A DNA stretch of 64,000 nucleotides from the human T2T-CHM13v2.0 reference genome, Homo sapiens. This document shows positions 45,640 through 63,392 of this stretch, one piece after another. The translations under genes were made by a program, and so were the position numbers. Each line of letters starts with the position of its first letter. Positions within the stretch are counted from its first letter, which is position 1. The stretch lies in the NCBI RefSeq assembly GCF_009914755.1, contig NC_060933.1; one strand, given 5' to 3'. The notes below the pieces were generated by a model. The model had not been told where the DNA came from, did no database searches, and worked only from the letters and a program-made list of their open reading frames with translations.

Positions 45640-45850
45640 AGCCTGCCAATTCATAGCCTGGGTCTGCACTGCCAACTGTGGGATCTTGGGCAAGTTACCC
45701 TCTTGATGCCTCAGTTGTCTCATTATAACATGGGGATAATAATAAAACTCACTTCACAGGATTGAAGTGAGGATTCAATTAGTTATTACATGGGAGGTGC
45801 TTAGAACAGAACCTGGCAGAGTAAGCATGCAGTAACTGTTACTATTACTA
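45640..45850 (+). mobile_element. MIR
   Basis: cttgggcaagttaccctct…gcctcagtt…gtgcttagaacag. Confidence 0.7.
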
Positions 45851-46290
45851 GCTCATCCACGTAATAGATGAAAATTGCTGGGAAGGTTTTTCTTATTAAA
45901 AAAGACCAAAATTTCTGCCTTAGTTAATGTTCATTCCCACTTGAATTTTTCTTTTTGAATGTATGAAGTGCACAGAGACAGAATAAGGAGACTTGGGTTT
46001 TGGATCCAGTGTGACCACTGCTAAGCTGCATGACACTGGGTAAAGCCCACAGCTTCGACTCCAATTTCAGAGTCCTCATCCACATAATGAGCAAAGACGT
46101 GAGGAGGATTTCTGAGAGGCTCCCAGCTATCATTCTTTGAGTCTAAGATCCTAAGACTGCTAACATTGTGAATAAGTGACTTTGTGGCCTTTCTTCCCTT
46201 CCATTGTCTTATATCTCAGTGCTTCATATGCCCCAATGCTAAAAGATTCATGAATGACTCAGTGCTCAGTATTTTCTTTTCAGCTCTTAC

Positions 46291-46330
46291 CTTCAACGTA
46301 GGTTGGGAATGAAGCCAAGCTTTTTCTTGA
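46291..46330 (-). CDS. APBA1: APBA1 coding exon (inferred exon 4), 40 nt, SRKSLASFPTYVE+G
   Basis: Acceptor ttacag| and donor |gtaaga; phase 0/1; SFPTYVEVPGP motif preceding the PTB domain. Confidence 0.94.
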
Positions 46331-48229
46331 CTGTAATAAAGACAAAGAGGTTTCAAAAAGAGCAAAGCATAATGAAATATGAATTAACACAATCATCCAT
46401 GCAACATGAAAAATAAATACATAATCAGTGGCAGTTACCAATTATTGATCATTTTTAGTTAGAGAAAGTAAAGTGCAGATAAACATGCATTTATTAGTAA
46501 AGGTTACCTAAAACCCAGAATAGTCCATTCATATTTTAGATAATCTAGAAATCTTACATTTCACAATCAGAGAGGTATTTGCCAACTAAAAAACAATCCC
46601 ACAGACAAGTCTCTAACAACAATAAAAAGGGCACAATTTGTATTCTTAAGGATCTGCATTTCCATGTGAAAAACTGATTAGTGAAAGCACCAATGCTATG
46701 ATTATAGCTGAAATTAAGAATTCTCTCAGAGAAATTTATTTTACTCTTTGCCACAGTGATCTCTCACTGTGCTAAAAATGTGTGCTAGAGTTTTTAAAAA
46801 TCTCTTCATCTCCTACTGATTTATTTTAGTTGAAAAACTCCATTATATAAATCATTATTGTGTGTTATCTGAATAAGAACACAACAAAGGAGTAAATTAA
46901 AAACCCTGGAATTTCTTTTGCACCTCAGAGCAAAGGTCAGCGTTCTCACAGCACTGTTGGAAGCAGAGATGATGAGCTAGACACCTTTTAGAGCCTGACT
47001 AGATGGCAGCTTAACTGCCTGCTATCAGAGGAGCAAAACTCACCATACGTTCCTTTCAGAAGCAGATGTCCTAGATGTAACACTGACTGAGATAAGAGAA
47101 AAAAATTCACCCCTGCTTCCACCAGTAGTAGAATTTGTAGCTAGTGTGTCTGGACCAGGGTGATACAAGCATCACAGGAGAGTGGAGAGCTAGTGTTAAA
47201 GACAAGTCCCTAAAATGGGCAGAAGGTAAGGTTTGCATGGCCAAGAATTCCATTGCTGAGAACCTACCCGGTTCTTAGGTGATTATTTAAATGCATGACT
47301 TTAAGAGGAAAGATATCTGGCACTGAATAGCTGTTGGATAGGCTGACCTGCATAGAGGGAAGACTCTGGGGTGCCTGGCAGGCTGGATGAGGAAAGCGCC
47401 CTGGGTGAGTGTTGGGATGTCATGGGGAGCAACTCCCTAACCTAGCACTTGACACAGTGCTCTTTCCTTGGAGGATGGGAATGGCAAAGGGATGATAACT
47501 TGGTTAATACTTGGACAACAGTCTAAAAATAGTAGTTTTAATTGTTTTGTGAAAAATTGGGGCAGTTGAAGAAACCTAGTTGTAAGACTCCAGCTCAATT
47601 CAGGATAATGACAATTCAACACTAATCACACAATAATACATTGTACAGGGCAGCTTTTCAGTAAACCTGCTGCATGTGTGCTCACTGGGATGAAATGGTT
47701 CTGCACACCAAAGTGGGTGGGTTTCTAGTGCATCAGGAATGAAAAGTTACTGGCTAGTAATGCATTTATGAGAAAATGCACACCAAATAAAAGCCAGGAT
47801 ATGTGGATAGGGGGAAAGAGAACTCCAGTTTCAGCAGTGCTTTACGTTAATTTTATTTTCCACTTACCTAAGTGAGAAGATAGGCCCAGTTGAGAGCCAA
47901 CAGCCAAATCTGTCTAATTCAGGATGGTTTAAAGAAAAGAAAAAAACCCTCATAACTTCATGGTATGCAGATGGAAGCTAGCATCTTCATAGGGGCCTAA
48001 AACTTTTAAGTTATTATTTCCCAACCATTTCCCTACCCTTGTCCCAAGTAACTATAGCCTGGGGTAATGAGAGTTTGTTTAATCAGAATTGCTTAGCCTC
48101 CAGGTATATCTAAGAAGTCAATTCACATTTTCTTGCTCTATTTTGATACTTTTCTGAATGCTAGACAGTGTCCAGATTTTAGCAGAAGCTACAAAAGAAT
48201 TACTTTGGTCTATAGCTCTAAAAGCTGCA

Positions 48230-48391
48230 GTTTTATTAAGAGCTACACCAACATGGCACATGTATACGTATGTAACTAACCTGCATGTTGTGCACATGTA
48301 CCCTAAAACTTGAAGTATAATTAAAAAAATTAAAAAAAAGATAAGTTTGAAAAAAATAATTTGGCAAAATAAAGTTTACCATCTTTAAAAA
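48230..48391 (+). mobile_element. Very short 5'-truncated L1PA 3' end with 3' transduction
   Basis: catggcacatgtata…ccctaaaacttgaagtataat; TSD aaaagctgca at 48220-48229 and 48392-48401. Confidence 0.85.
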
Positions 48392-48914
48392 AAAAGCTGC
48401 AACAGAGGGCATTTGGTACATTCACTTATTCTCTATGCATGAGCTCATGACTAGCTTTCTTAGTCTCTGGGGTAGTAAATTTTTTTAAAAAGAGTTTTGT
48501 GAAATGAAAGAATCTCTAATTATTACACACAAATAGGATTTTCATCATCATTTCTAAGGATATATAGAAACATGAGCCAAGTCTTGTAGGAACTGAGAAA
48601 CTAACAAATTTGCCTTATTATATCTAATGCATAATCAAATGCTGAATATTTAGATGTCTGGTTAGCCCTTTATTTCACATGTGGACTGAGATGAACATCA
48701 GTTGATCCTTAACTTTCAAGAATAAATAAATAAAGTTGCATTTAAAAAGCTAAAGGCTAAGATCTTTGGGGTTTGGGTTTGGGGGTCACACAAATCGACT
48801 CGTGCAGAACTTGGAGGCACAATTGGACAACTGGAACAATGACAGACAAGGTACCTTGTCCATGTAGTCTGTGACCTGCAAACACTTTCTACTCCAGCAG
48901 TGGCAGATCTTGGC

Positions 48915-49160
48915 AGTTAAGAGCACGGGTTCCCATGAGTTCTGGATTTGAATCCTGGCTGACCACTTGTGAGCTCTACAATCTCAGGTAAGTTATTCAA
49001 CCTCTTAGCTTTTTCAACCAGCAAATGAGGACAGTGATACCTACCTCACAGAATTATTTTAAGAATTAAATGAGACACTATCTGTGATTTTTCTCAGCCC
49101 AGTTCCTGGAACATTGTCAATGCTCAAGAAACGATAGTGCTCATGACTGTTATCATCAGG
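48915..49160 (+). mobile_element. MIR
   Basis: gttaagagcacggg…gaatcctggct…cctacctcacag…aattaaatgaga. Confidence 0.7.
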
Positions 49161-49902
49161 GCACCTGTCCTTCTTTTCTTCTTACTATTTGTTCTCACCC
49201 AACCATGTGATATAAGAATGAAGCAAACTGTGGAACGGTGGGAACAGCAGAAACTGTGCCCTTGTCACTTGTGCTCCCAATGGCCAAGTGTCTGAGGCTC
49301 AAGACCAGAGGAGACCAAAGTATATTTCTAGTCTAAATTCTAATGTTGGTGTCATTTCAGAGAAGGTCTATGTTTGTTTGTTTGGTTTAATATGAACAGA
49401 TTAATAAAAAATACTTTTCCTTTGTGTAAATATTTAATGGCAAATATATGGTATTCAAGGGTGCCTTAAGGGTAAATTTTAACTAAGACTCCCTTTAAAA
49501 GCGATCTGCCACTCAGTTTAAACAGAGATTTCTTTTTCATTGCATTTAACATAAAATTATCAGCAAAATGAGGGAAAAGGAAACCATCGTTCATCATGTG
49601 GTTTACCTCTTTAACACATCTCCTCAGTGTTGATGAGAGAGCAGCTATATTTAGAGTGAGCTGAGCCCACACACAGATTATGGCGCAGACCAACATTTAC
49701 CTGATGTTGGCTCATTAGCAGGTGTGGGTGGCAGTTCACTAGGTGTAAAAGGACCCTGGGTACGGGGGAAGGCAGTGTCTCCCCTCTGGGGCTGCCCTTT
49801 CTCAGACCCAGACACCTCAATGGGAGAAAGCAGCATCTTCTCACTGAAATGCTCCACATAAGCAAGGCGACCACAGAATTTGTTGTCCAAAAGGGATACT
49901 TT

Positions 49903-50105
49903 AGAGCTGCACTGTCTGGCAGTCTGCAGCCACACGTGGCTATTTAAGTTAATTAAAATGGGATAAAATGAAAACTTCAGTTCCTCAGTTACACTGGCCA
50001 CATTTCCAGGGTTTGACAGGCACATGAGGCTAATGACTACCATAGTGGACAGAGCAGAAGTGGAACATTTCCAGCACCGTGGAAAGTTCTCGCAGGCGGC
50101 ACTGC
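49903..50105. mobile_element. MER3/MER33-like DNA transposon; a second, inverted partial copy at ~50364-50522
   Basis: gccacacgtggctattt…cagttcctcagttacactggccacattt…gaacatttcca…gaaagttct. Confidence 0.65.
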
Positions 50106-50682
50106 ACCAGCAAGAGAGAAGGGCGCTCATAAGATGGGCTGCCTGGACAACAGGTGTGAACTGGAACCACACCCTAGGTAAACTGGGAATGTATGGCCAC
50201 TCTATTCTTACGAAAGATATCTCATTTGGGCCTGAAATAAAGGGTATTTAAGAAACTAACACATTTCCCAAAGCACACAGCAACTGCAAGCCCATGGCAT
50301 CAGCAGGCATGTAACGCCAGGAGGAAAGATGCTGTACGTCGAGTTTTTGGTGTCTGAGGTCAAGTGCTGTTCAACAGAATTTCCTGCAGTGATGCAAATG
50401 CTCTGTAATCCACCCTGTCCGAGCACTTGAAATGTGGCTACTGTGCTTGAGGAAATAAACTTTTCATTTTATTCATTAATTAGGCACCTGCAGCCAGTGG
50501 CTATCAAACTGGATGACATGGCTTTAACAGGTGAACTGCACACTGGAGAGGAGAAATCAGGATTGTTCTCACCAGGGTAATGTGGGTCAGGAGCGCTGTA
50601 GGATGCTGTATTAGGAAGCACAGAACAGTATTAGAGTAAAGCAAAATGGCCCAATGGCTTTGGTAACAAAACAGCACCCTAC

Positions 50683-50778
50683 CTCTTTATTAGTGGACGC
50701 TTCCACAGGGTCACTGGGGTGAAGAGATGTGCTTGATGACTCTGCACCCAAGGGGGAGGAGCTGCCAGGAGACGGAGA
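50683..50778 (-). CDS. APBA1: APBA1 coding exon (inferred exon 3), 96 nt, SPSPGSSSPLGAESSSTSLHPSDPVEASTNKE
   Basis: Acceptor ttctag| and donor |gtaggg; phase 0/0; continues in frame into the next exon. Confidence 0.93.
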
Positions 50779-51739
50779 CTAGAACACAGCAAGAGGAAAC
50801 ACAGTGAGAACTTGAGAGACTCGGCAGACACTTGGCTGGGGGAAAGGGGCCGGGAGAGAGAAGCAAAGCAGAACACAATCGAACAGACACTGCAGTGGGG
50901 AGAAAACCTCTTAAAAAGGAGCTGCCAACTGTACATAAAACACTTGTGGTTTTCAAGCTTTCTTTTTCAAGTCCTGCCATGCTTTCAAAGGAGCTTTCAT
51001 AGCTATGGGCCGTTTTTCCCCTTAGGCCAAATGTTGAAAGAAAATACAGAAAAGGTTGAAATTAAAAAATCCTAAATGAATTGAGCTAAGGATATTACAC
51101 AAACATGTTTAAAACATTTTTTTCTTACTGATGAAGCCAAATATTTAGGGTACCGAATGTCTTATAAAATTGCCTGCCCCAAATGAAAAAGTAAAAATTA
51201 AAACACACATTTTTAAAGAGGTAGCTGGGCCTGATTTTGATGGCTAGAAACCATACCACCTGTATTTTCCTAGTCAATTCAGATTTCAAATATTTTGTCT
51301 GATTTAGTCTACAGGCTATTGAAAATTCAGAGACATTTCAGCATTTTAACATCCAAACACTACCCTGGATGCTCTTAGAACAGTTCAAAAATCCTTTGTC
51401 AAACGGTGTATCGGAAAATAAGGCTTAGAAAAATAGGCTCAGGGAGAATGGCCTGGTTGGGTGTGGTATTGCCTGGGCTGATGGGACCCCAGCTCCCTGT
51501 GCAGGCAGGCCCTGCTAGACGTGTATAGGAAGCTCCCAGGTCAGTGTACACAGAAGGTGCTCCATAAACATCTTCTGAATGGATGGGCAAATAAAACAAG
51601 CAAGCACAGGGATGGGACTGATACAGACCCGGAAAACACTCCCCAGCCTATAGCCAAACATTGTTGTGTGCTTCTGAAATCTTGGGAGATGAAAGGAATC
51701 CTCAGGTGAGCCACAGAGATGCTTAAGAATTCCACAGCA

Positions 51740-52638
51740 GGGGGCGGCGGAGCCAAGATGGCCGAATAGGAACAGCTCCAGTCTACAGCTCCCAGCGTGA
51801 GCAAAACAGAAGATGGGTGATTTCTGCATTTCCATCTGAGGTACCGGGTTCATCTCACTAGGGAGTGCCAGACAGTGGGCGCAGGTCAGTGGGTGCGCGC
51901 ACCGTGCGCCAGCCGAAGCAGGGCGAGGCATTGCCTCACTTGGGAAGTGCAAGGGGTCAGGGAGTTCCCTTTCTGAGTCAAAGAAAGGGGTCACGGACGC
52001 ACCTGGAAAATCGGGTCACTCCCACCCGAATATTGCGCTTTTCGGACCGCGGCGCACCACGAGATTATATCCCGCACCTGGCTCTGAGGGTCCTACGCCC
52101 ACGGAGTCTCACTGATTGCTAGCACAGTAGTCTGAGATCAAACTGCAAGGCGGCAGCGAGGCTGGGGGAGGGGCGCCTGCCATTGCCCAGGCTTGCTTAG
52201 GTAAACAAAGCAGCTGGGAAGCTCGAACTGGGTGGAGCCCACCACAGCTCAAGGAGGCCTGCCTGCCTCTGTAGGCTCCACCTCTGGGGGCAGGGCACAG
52301 ACAAACAAAAAGACAGCAGTAACCTCTGCAGACTTAAATGTCCCTGTCTGACAGCTTTGAAGAGAGCAGTGGTTCTCCCAGCACGCAGCTGGAGATCTGA
52401 GAACGGGCAGACTGCCTCCTCAAGTGGGTCCCTGACCCCTGACCCCCGAGCAGCCTAACTGGGAGGCACCCCCCAGCAGGGGCACACTGACACCTCACAC
52501 GGCAGGGTATTCCAAAAGACCTGCAGCTGAGGGTCCTGTCTGTTAGAAGGAAAACTAACAAACAGAAAGGACATCCACACCAAAAACCCATCTGTACATC
52601 ACCATCATCAAAGACCAAAAGTAGATAAAACCACAAAG
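51740..52638. promoter_or_regulatory. L1 5' UTR with sense promoter (YY1 site) and antisense promoter
   Basis: YY1 motif caagatggccg intact; many CpGs retained; bidirectional activity is established for young L1 5' UTRs but not shown here. Confidence 0.65.
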
Positions 52639-53656
52639 ATGGGGAAAAAACAGAACAGAAAAACTGGAAACTCTAAAACGCAGAGCGCCTCTCCTCCTCC
52701 AAAGGAACGCAGTTCCTCACCAGCAACGGAACAAAGCTGGATGGAGAATGACTTTGACGAGCTGAGAGAAGAAGGCTTCAGATGATCAAATTACTCTGAG
52801 CTACGGGAGGACATTCAAACCAAAGGCAAGGAAGTTGAAAACTTTGAAAAAAATTTAGAAGAATGTATAACTAGAATAACCAATACAGAGAAGTGCTTAA
52901 AGGAGCTGATGGAGCTGAAAACCAAGGCTTGAGAACTACGTGAAGAATGCAGAAGCCTCAGGAGCTGATGCGATCAACTGGAAGAAAGGGTATCAGCGAT
53001 GGAAGATGAAATGAATGAAATGAAGCGAGAAGGGAAGTTTAGAGAAAAAAAGAATAAAAAGAAATGAGCAAAGCCTCCAAGAAGTATGGGACTATGTGAA
53101 AAGACCAAATCTACGTCTGATTGGTGTACCTGAAAGTGATGGGGAGAATGGAACCAAGTTGGAAAACACTCTGCAGGATATTATCCAGGAGAACTTCCCC
53201 AATCTAGCAAGGCAGGCCAACGTTCAGATTCAGGAAATACAGAGAACGCCACAAAGATACTCCTTGAGAAGAGCAACTCCAAGACACATAATTGTCAGAT
53301 TCACCAAGGTTGAAATGAAGGAAAAAATGTTAAGGGCAGCCAGAGAGAAAGGTCGGGTTACCCTCAAAGGGAAGCCCATCAGACTAACAGTGGATCTCTC
53401 AGCAGAAACCCTACAAGCCAGAAGAGAGTGGGGGCCAATATTCAACATTCTTAAAGAAAAGAATTTTCAACCCAGAATTTCATATCCAGCCAAACTAAGC
53501 TTCATAAGTGAAGGAGAAATAAAATACTTTACAGACAAGCAAATGCTGAGAGATTTTGTCACCACCAGGCCTGCCCTAAAAGAGCTCCTGAAGGAAGCGC
53601 TAAACATGGAAAGGAACAACCGGTACCAGCCGCTGCAAAATCATGCCAAAATGTAA
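52639..53656 (+). pseudogene. L1 ORF1, disrupted
   Basis: ATG at 52639; several CGA>TGA stops and a +1 A frameshift; C-terminal part open (53096..53656). Confidence 0.92.
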
Positions 53657-53692
53657 AGACCATCGAGGCTAGGAAGAAACTGCATCAACTAA

Positions 53693-57542
<3,850 letters not shown>

Positions 57543-59149
57543 ACAATGAGATCGCATGGACACAGGAAGGGGAATATCACACTCTGGGGACTGTTGTGGG
57601 GTGGGGGGAGGGGGGAGGGATAGCATTGGGAGATATACCTAATGCTAGATGCCAAGTTAGTGGGTGCAGCGCACCAGCATGGCACATGTATACATATGTA
57701 ACTAACCTGCACAATGTGCACATGTACCCTAAAACTTAAAGTATAATAAAAAAAAAATTAAGTCAAAAAAACAAAAAAACAAAAAAACGAAACAAAAAAA
57801 AAAAAAAAGAATTCCACAGCAATGGTCCTCTGAGAGGAAGGCTGCGCTGCTTCACAGTCTGTTGGCAATGTTTGACAAAAGGCATAAAACACAGAGAAAA
57901 ACTAAACAGAGATGTATTCTCTCAGGAAGTGTGGGGATGCGTGGGGAGGTAAGTCCTGAGCAAAGGAAGCAAAATAACCCTATTGCTTGCTTGAACCCAT
58001 GTCTGATCTCTCGGGACCAGCCCCCTTGGGGGAAACTGATGCACAGAGACATCAGCAAAATATTTTCATGGAAAGGGATAATATTGCACACAGCAATGGT
58101 GCTGGTGTTGGGGCTGAGGGGGCACGCTGATAGACAAGGGGGAGCTTGGTGAGCATAGTGTGAAACAAACAAACAAAAAAATCTTTTCCAAAAAGTCTGA
58201 ATTATGGAAAATATAAAGGGCCACAAATGAACAGAAAGATAATGCAGTGAAATTCATTTTAATTCAGATGAAGAAGTTGTATGATCCCAGCCTAATGCTG
58301 TGAGACTTGAATTTGTTTCTTGTGATCCCATACACCTGATTCTAGGCAGGGAGGTCAGGACAACGAACAAACCCCTTAAACATTCACATGCAGACATCAG
58401 ACACTCTGTGGGGAAGCCAAGAGGGCAGGCCCAGGGTAACAGCTGGCATAAAGAACCCCAGACCCCACAGCCCCTGGCTACAATAAAGTAGCCCCACATG
58501 CCTTCAAGAAGAAACACACACAACTTTTATTTGGCACCAAAGAGAGCTGGTGGGTACTTGCTGATTTAGCTCTCTGGCTGACTCCAAATTAATGTAGTAA
58601 AGTCTTCATGAGAATTTAATGCCTTTAAATTTCCCCAATCTGAAGAGCTTCTTTGGATATGTACGATTCTATTTTTTCCCCCAAGTAATTTTCTGTCACA
58701 AAGATTTTAAGGGTCTGGCCCCCAGGGAAACTGGTGCAGCTGGATTTTCTTTAATTGCATGGTTTGAGGGCTGTATCACACCTTCATTAAAAACAATCCT
58801 CCAGAGAGTCTCACATTTCCTATTTCTCAATTGCTCTAAATCTTCTAAAAATAAATTCTTTACAACATTATGGGGACCTGATGATCTTAGGATGATGTAA
58901 GAAGACAGGTTATACAGAGAGCAGGGGCATGGAAGAGGGAACCCGGACCCCACAGTAAAGTGAGGTGACTGCTGCTGAGTACCCATATGGAACAGGGGGA
59001 GGAGGCACAAATGAGCCTGCTGTGGGCACTGCCCTTGCAGAGGCTCTGGCTGGACCCACACCAACCTCATCAGGGACCACTTCCCTGCAGACCCCGGGTG
59101 CTCTTGCCTTTGGCACATGCTTGAGCTCATTCGAGTTTCCTCCTATTTG

Positions 59150-59442
59150 CATGTGCAATTAATGACCTCCACTTAGAAAGTTCACCCTCATTCTTTCCTA
59201 CATTCAATGTTCAGCTCAAAAGCACTCATCTTGCTGAAGCTTCCGCAGACCCTATTCACAGTACATTCCTTTTCTCCACAGCCACGTGCCATGCTGTGTA
59301 ATCATCTGTTCACGTTATGCCCCTTCTCCCCCAAGAGCTCTCAGGAGATAGGGACCTTGTCTTGTTCATGTTCATCCTCCAACTGCCTCGCCTTGGGTCT
59401 TGTAAACAGTAGGCACTCAATAAATGTTTACTGAATAAATGG
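59150..59442. mobile_element. L2 3'-end fragment
   Basis: aagagctc…cttgttcat…cagtaggcactcaataaatgtttactgaataaatg. Confidence 0.6.
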
Positions 59443-59619
59443 CTTCAGTTTATTCAGCTTTACAATGTTTTCCAGCTTGCATAGGAAGCAGATATGTTAC
59501 AGATGCACCCAATGCTTTCTTCATTTTTCAGTGGTCAATGGTAGGCCCTTTTCTGACACAGCATCCCTCTAGTGTTGTGTGTAGAATATTCAACATGCAG
59601 TTTTTTTAAACTGAAAAAC

Positions 59620-59751
59620 TTTTTTTTTTTTTGTAGAGACAGGGTCTCACTATGTTGCCCAGGCAGGTCTTGAACTCCTGGGCTCAAGCAATCCTCCTGC
59701 CTCAGCCTCCAAAAACACTGGGGTTACAGGTGTGAGCCACTGTGGCTGGCC
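59620..59751 (-). mobile_element. FLAM / Alu left monomer
   Basis: gtagagacagggtctcactatgttgcccagg…gagccactgtggctggcc. Confidence 0.88.
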
Positions 59752-60592
59752 TCAATTTGCATTTTGAATTAGAGAAATAGTCTTTGCCTTTGATGACTGT
59801 CACCTGGGCTCCAAGGACACTCTTGATGCAGAAAGCTGTCCCCAAATGAGAGAGGACCCTGTCTAATGGAAGCCTAAAAATCTCCACACCATTGCCTAAA
59901 TGTCAAGGGTGGACAAACAGCTTCAAAACAGACATGGCCGCGTGAAGCCTAAACAATGGTGTTAGTGTTTAACTCATCTCAAATGTCTGCTTTACAAGAC
60001 CTTTGTCCATTACGTCCAACTTCCACCTTGATATACTCTTAAAAATGGAGGAAAAAAACAGAAATTACATAATACTATTAACTTTCAAAGAATAATTTGG
60101 AGGCAAAATTTAGGCAATGAAATATGATAGAAAAAGTAAAATTATTGTCACATATATCTCTGTCTGGAGACTCACGCCTTCTGGGCTACTGGATGGATAT
60201 CCAATTTTAAGCAATGAGACATGTGCTTGTGAGGGTAGGATGCAAATGCAGGGTCAGGAGTTCACAAAGGTAAGGGCTGAACCCGGATGTCTATCTAGGA
60301 CACAGTGCGCAGAGATGACTCACCAACAACTCCCAGTTCTACATAATTACAAGGTCTCCTTAAGCTAACAACTCATCTTCTGCAGAAAATGTTCTAGCAG
60401 ATTCTCTACAGCTACCATCTAAGTTTTACCACCACAGCTTTGGGATTCCACAAAGCAAAGCTTTCAGCCTCAAGACCAGGTTCCTAAATCCCAGACAAGA
60501 AATGTATCATCCTGTCCATTGGCAATGGAGCCAGAAGTGGGTAAAGGATATAAAAGTATCCCAAGGCAAAGCTGATCATTCATTTTAATTCT

Positions 60593-60914
<322 letters not shown>

Positions 60915-62104
60915 TTAGGGGCAAAGACAGCACTTCTCGTGGTAGCGGGGAGACATACAAATAGCTCCTGGAACTTTCAGGCTGTTTGAAGGGAAGAGAA
61001 GCACCACCACAAGTCATTATTATTTATTTGTTCCTTCGACAGACATCTCAGTGCCTATCTGTGTTCCTAACACTGGGCCAAGAAACAAAGAGGAAGGAGA
61101 CCTGTTTTCAGAGAATGGGAGGAGGCAGATATGGAAAAGCAGGTCCCCAGCAGGTGGCCAGGATGTTGTTCTGTACAGTGGGGACACAGAGGTAGTGGTC
61201 AGTTCTGCAGGAGGGGAGGGGTGTGCATCAGGCAATGCTTTGTGGGGGAGGTGGTGCTTCAGCTGAACCCTGAACACCATGTGGTCTTCACAGAGTAGTA
61301 TGGGACAGGAAAGCAGAGGAAGATACTGGAAACACAGGCAGGGAGGAGGAACAGCACAGCTCTGGCAGGTGAGAAATGAGGCTGCGGAGCCGGGCTGGGA
61401 CTAGCAGCTGGAGCCCCATGGAGGATAGCACAGGGTGTTACCAACAGCCACAGCTCAGCTCCTACTCTCTGCCCCGGGAGTAGATATTTTTTTTTTCTTC
61501 TTTTCTTTTTTTTTTCTTTTTTGTGAGTCACTGGCCTGCTCCCCTCATTGAAGAAGCCTAATACTGGCATTCAGAACTATTTCCTGAGTTGAACCAAAAG
61601 ATCTAAAGGAGTGAGAGATTGAGTTACCACTCTCGCCCCTTGGAGATCTGCAGAAAGAAACTTTTACAAGTAGGAAAAGTGGATAGGATGATAATAAGAA
61701 TCCCCCAAAGCTGGAGGTAAAGGGTTCCTGCCTCCTTCCAAATAGATGATGAACAACATTCTATTCTAGAAAGGCCTGAGGACTGAGGCAGGATCTCAGA
61801 GAGCAGGGCCATGATGTGGAGAGGAATTCAAGGATCCTGACAAAGTTTTGGAGAAATTCTAGTCAAGAGACACACAAAAAGTGAGTTCTATGTGGGCCAT
61901 TCATTCAATACTGAAATGCTGACAGTGTCCAAATAAACCCAGATCCCTGCCTCCCCCCAAAAATGCCTGGTCTTTCAGGGGAGACAAACCTATAAGTTAC
62001 AAATACAGGGTGACTTCTGTAAACAGTGGTCACTGTCTCAGTTGCTGCAGGAAAACAAAAGTTTTAATGTCACAGAAAGTCACAAATGAGCTGACTACTT
62101 GTAA

Positions 62105-62457
62105 TGTGCTAAGTTTGAGTGTGTTCCCTAGAATTCTTGTGTTAGAAACTTGGTCCCCACTGCAGCAGTGTTGAGAGGCAGAACTTTTGGGAGGTGACTG
62201 GGTCATGAGAGCTCTACCCTCATGAATGGATTGATGCATTCAAGGATTGATGGATTAATGGGTTATTGAGGGAACGGGTTAGTTATCGTGAGAGTGGAGC
62301 TGTTTTACAAGTCAGTTTGGCTGTCCCTCGTGAACCCCCTTGACAGGTGATGTCCTGCACTGCGGATTCCCCACTAGCAAGAAAACCCTTACCAGAAGCG
62401 GCCCCTCCAACTTGGACTTCCCAGCCTCCAGAATTAAAAGAAAACAGACTAAGACAC
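62105..62457. mobile_element. MaLR solo LTR (MST-type)
   Basis: ggtcatgagagctctaccctcatgaatggatt…ttggacttcccagcctccagaa…aacagactaagaca. Confidence 0.72.
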
Positions 62458-63392
62458 AACATTAGTGCCTACCTGAACAGTCCTCCACCCCAAACACTAG
62501 CATCTACTTATCTGGTCCACATCTTTGTCAACTGGTCTTCTGTTGACTGTTGGGACCATCTGGCATTACAAGGCAAAAACAAAACAAAAACAAATAATAG
62601 CAAATAAAGTGCAGAGGTGCAAATATTGCAAAAATAAATAGATGGATAGTAGAACTGCATAAAGTTGAAGAGGGGAAAGTTGGAGTCTTTCTCAAACCAG
62701 CTGCTGACAATGGAGAAACTGGCGGGGTTGCACTGGTTAGAGAAGGAGTGATGAATGGAAAGAGTGGTAACATTAGAGGTGCTTCCAAAGAGAATGACAG
62801 GAATATCAAATAATTAAGAAAGGCTCTTAAGAAAACTGAGTCAGTCCTTAAATATTTTTAATGAAATGTTTCTCTTCATGATTGAGATGACCCTTTCTGA
62901 ACATGCTACAAAAGTCACATGTGATTTGAAGGTTATTTTGTGTGATTCACTGACTTTTTTTGAAAAAAAAATATAACTAAGATCAATACTATGTCATATA
63001 AAATCAGTACTACTTCTCTGTTCTAAGAATTCATGTACAGTTGGAACTACAACCTAGATGTTGATAGTCAAAGAGTAAACTAAGGTTATATTTATATTTT
63101 TTAGTATTGCTTTCAAGGTAAAGTTCTAACTGAATCACTTCTTACCCATACTTTGAGAATGGTGGTCATCATTTCAAATGAATGAATGTTCAGCAGCTTT
63201 TTGAAGGTACACATATGCAGGGATTCCTTAGAGCACCTCCGCTCCAGTGGCCGAAGTGTGGCATGATGGCTGCCAAGACGGGCAAGGGGTGGAGAGGCCA
63301 CCTACACTGGCTGGGCCAGAAACCCTTCTAGTGGAAGAGACACAGAATCATGTCCTGTCACAGTGCTTGGGATTTGAAAGGCTCTGGAATAA

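Noticed and set aside
57822-57915. Acceptor-like sequence (pyrimidine tract, ugccaacag| at 57859) next to the L1 3' end; possible cryptic or micro exon
   Set aside because: No convincing donor (ACU|gugaag is weak) and the phase-0 frame stops soon in the pre-insertion allele; needs junction reads.
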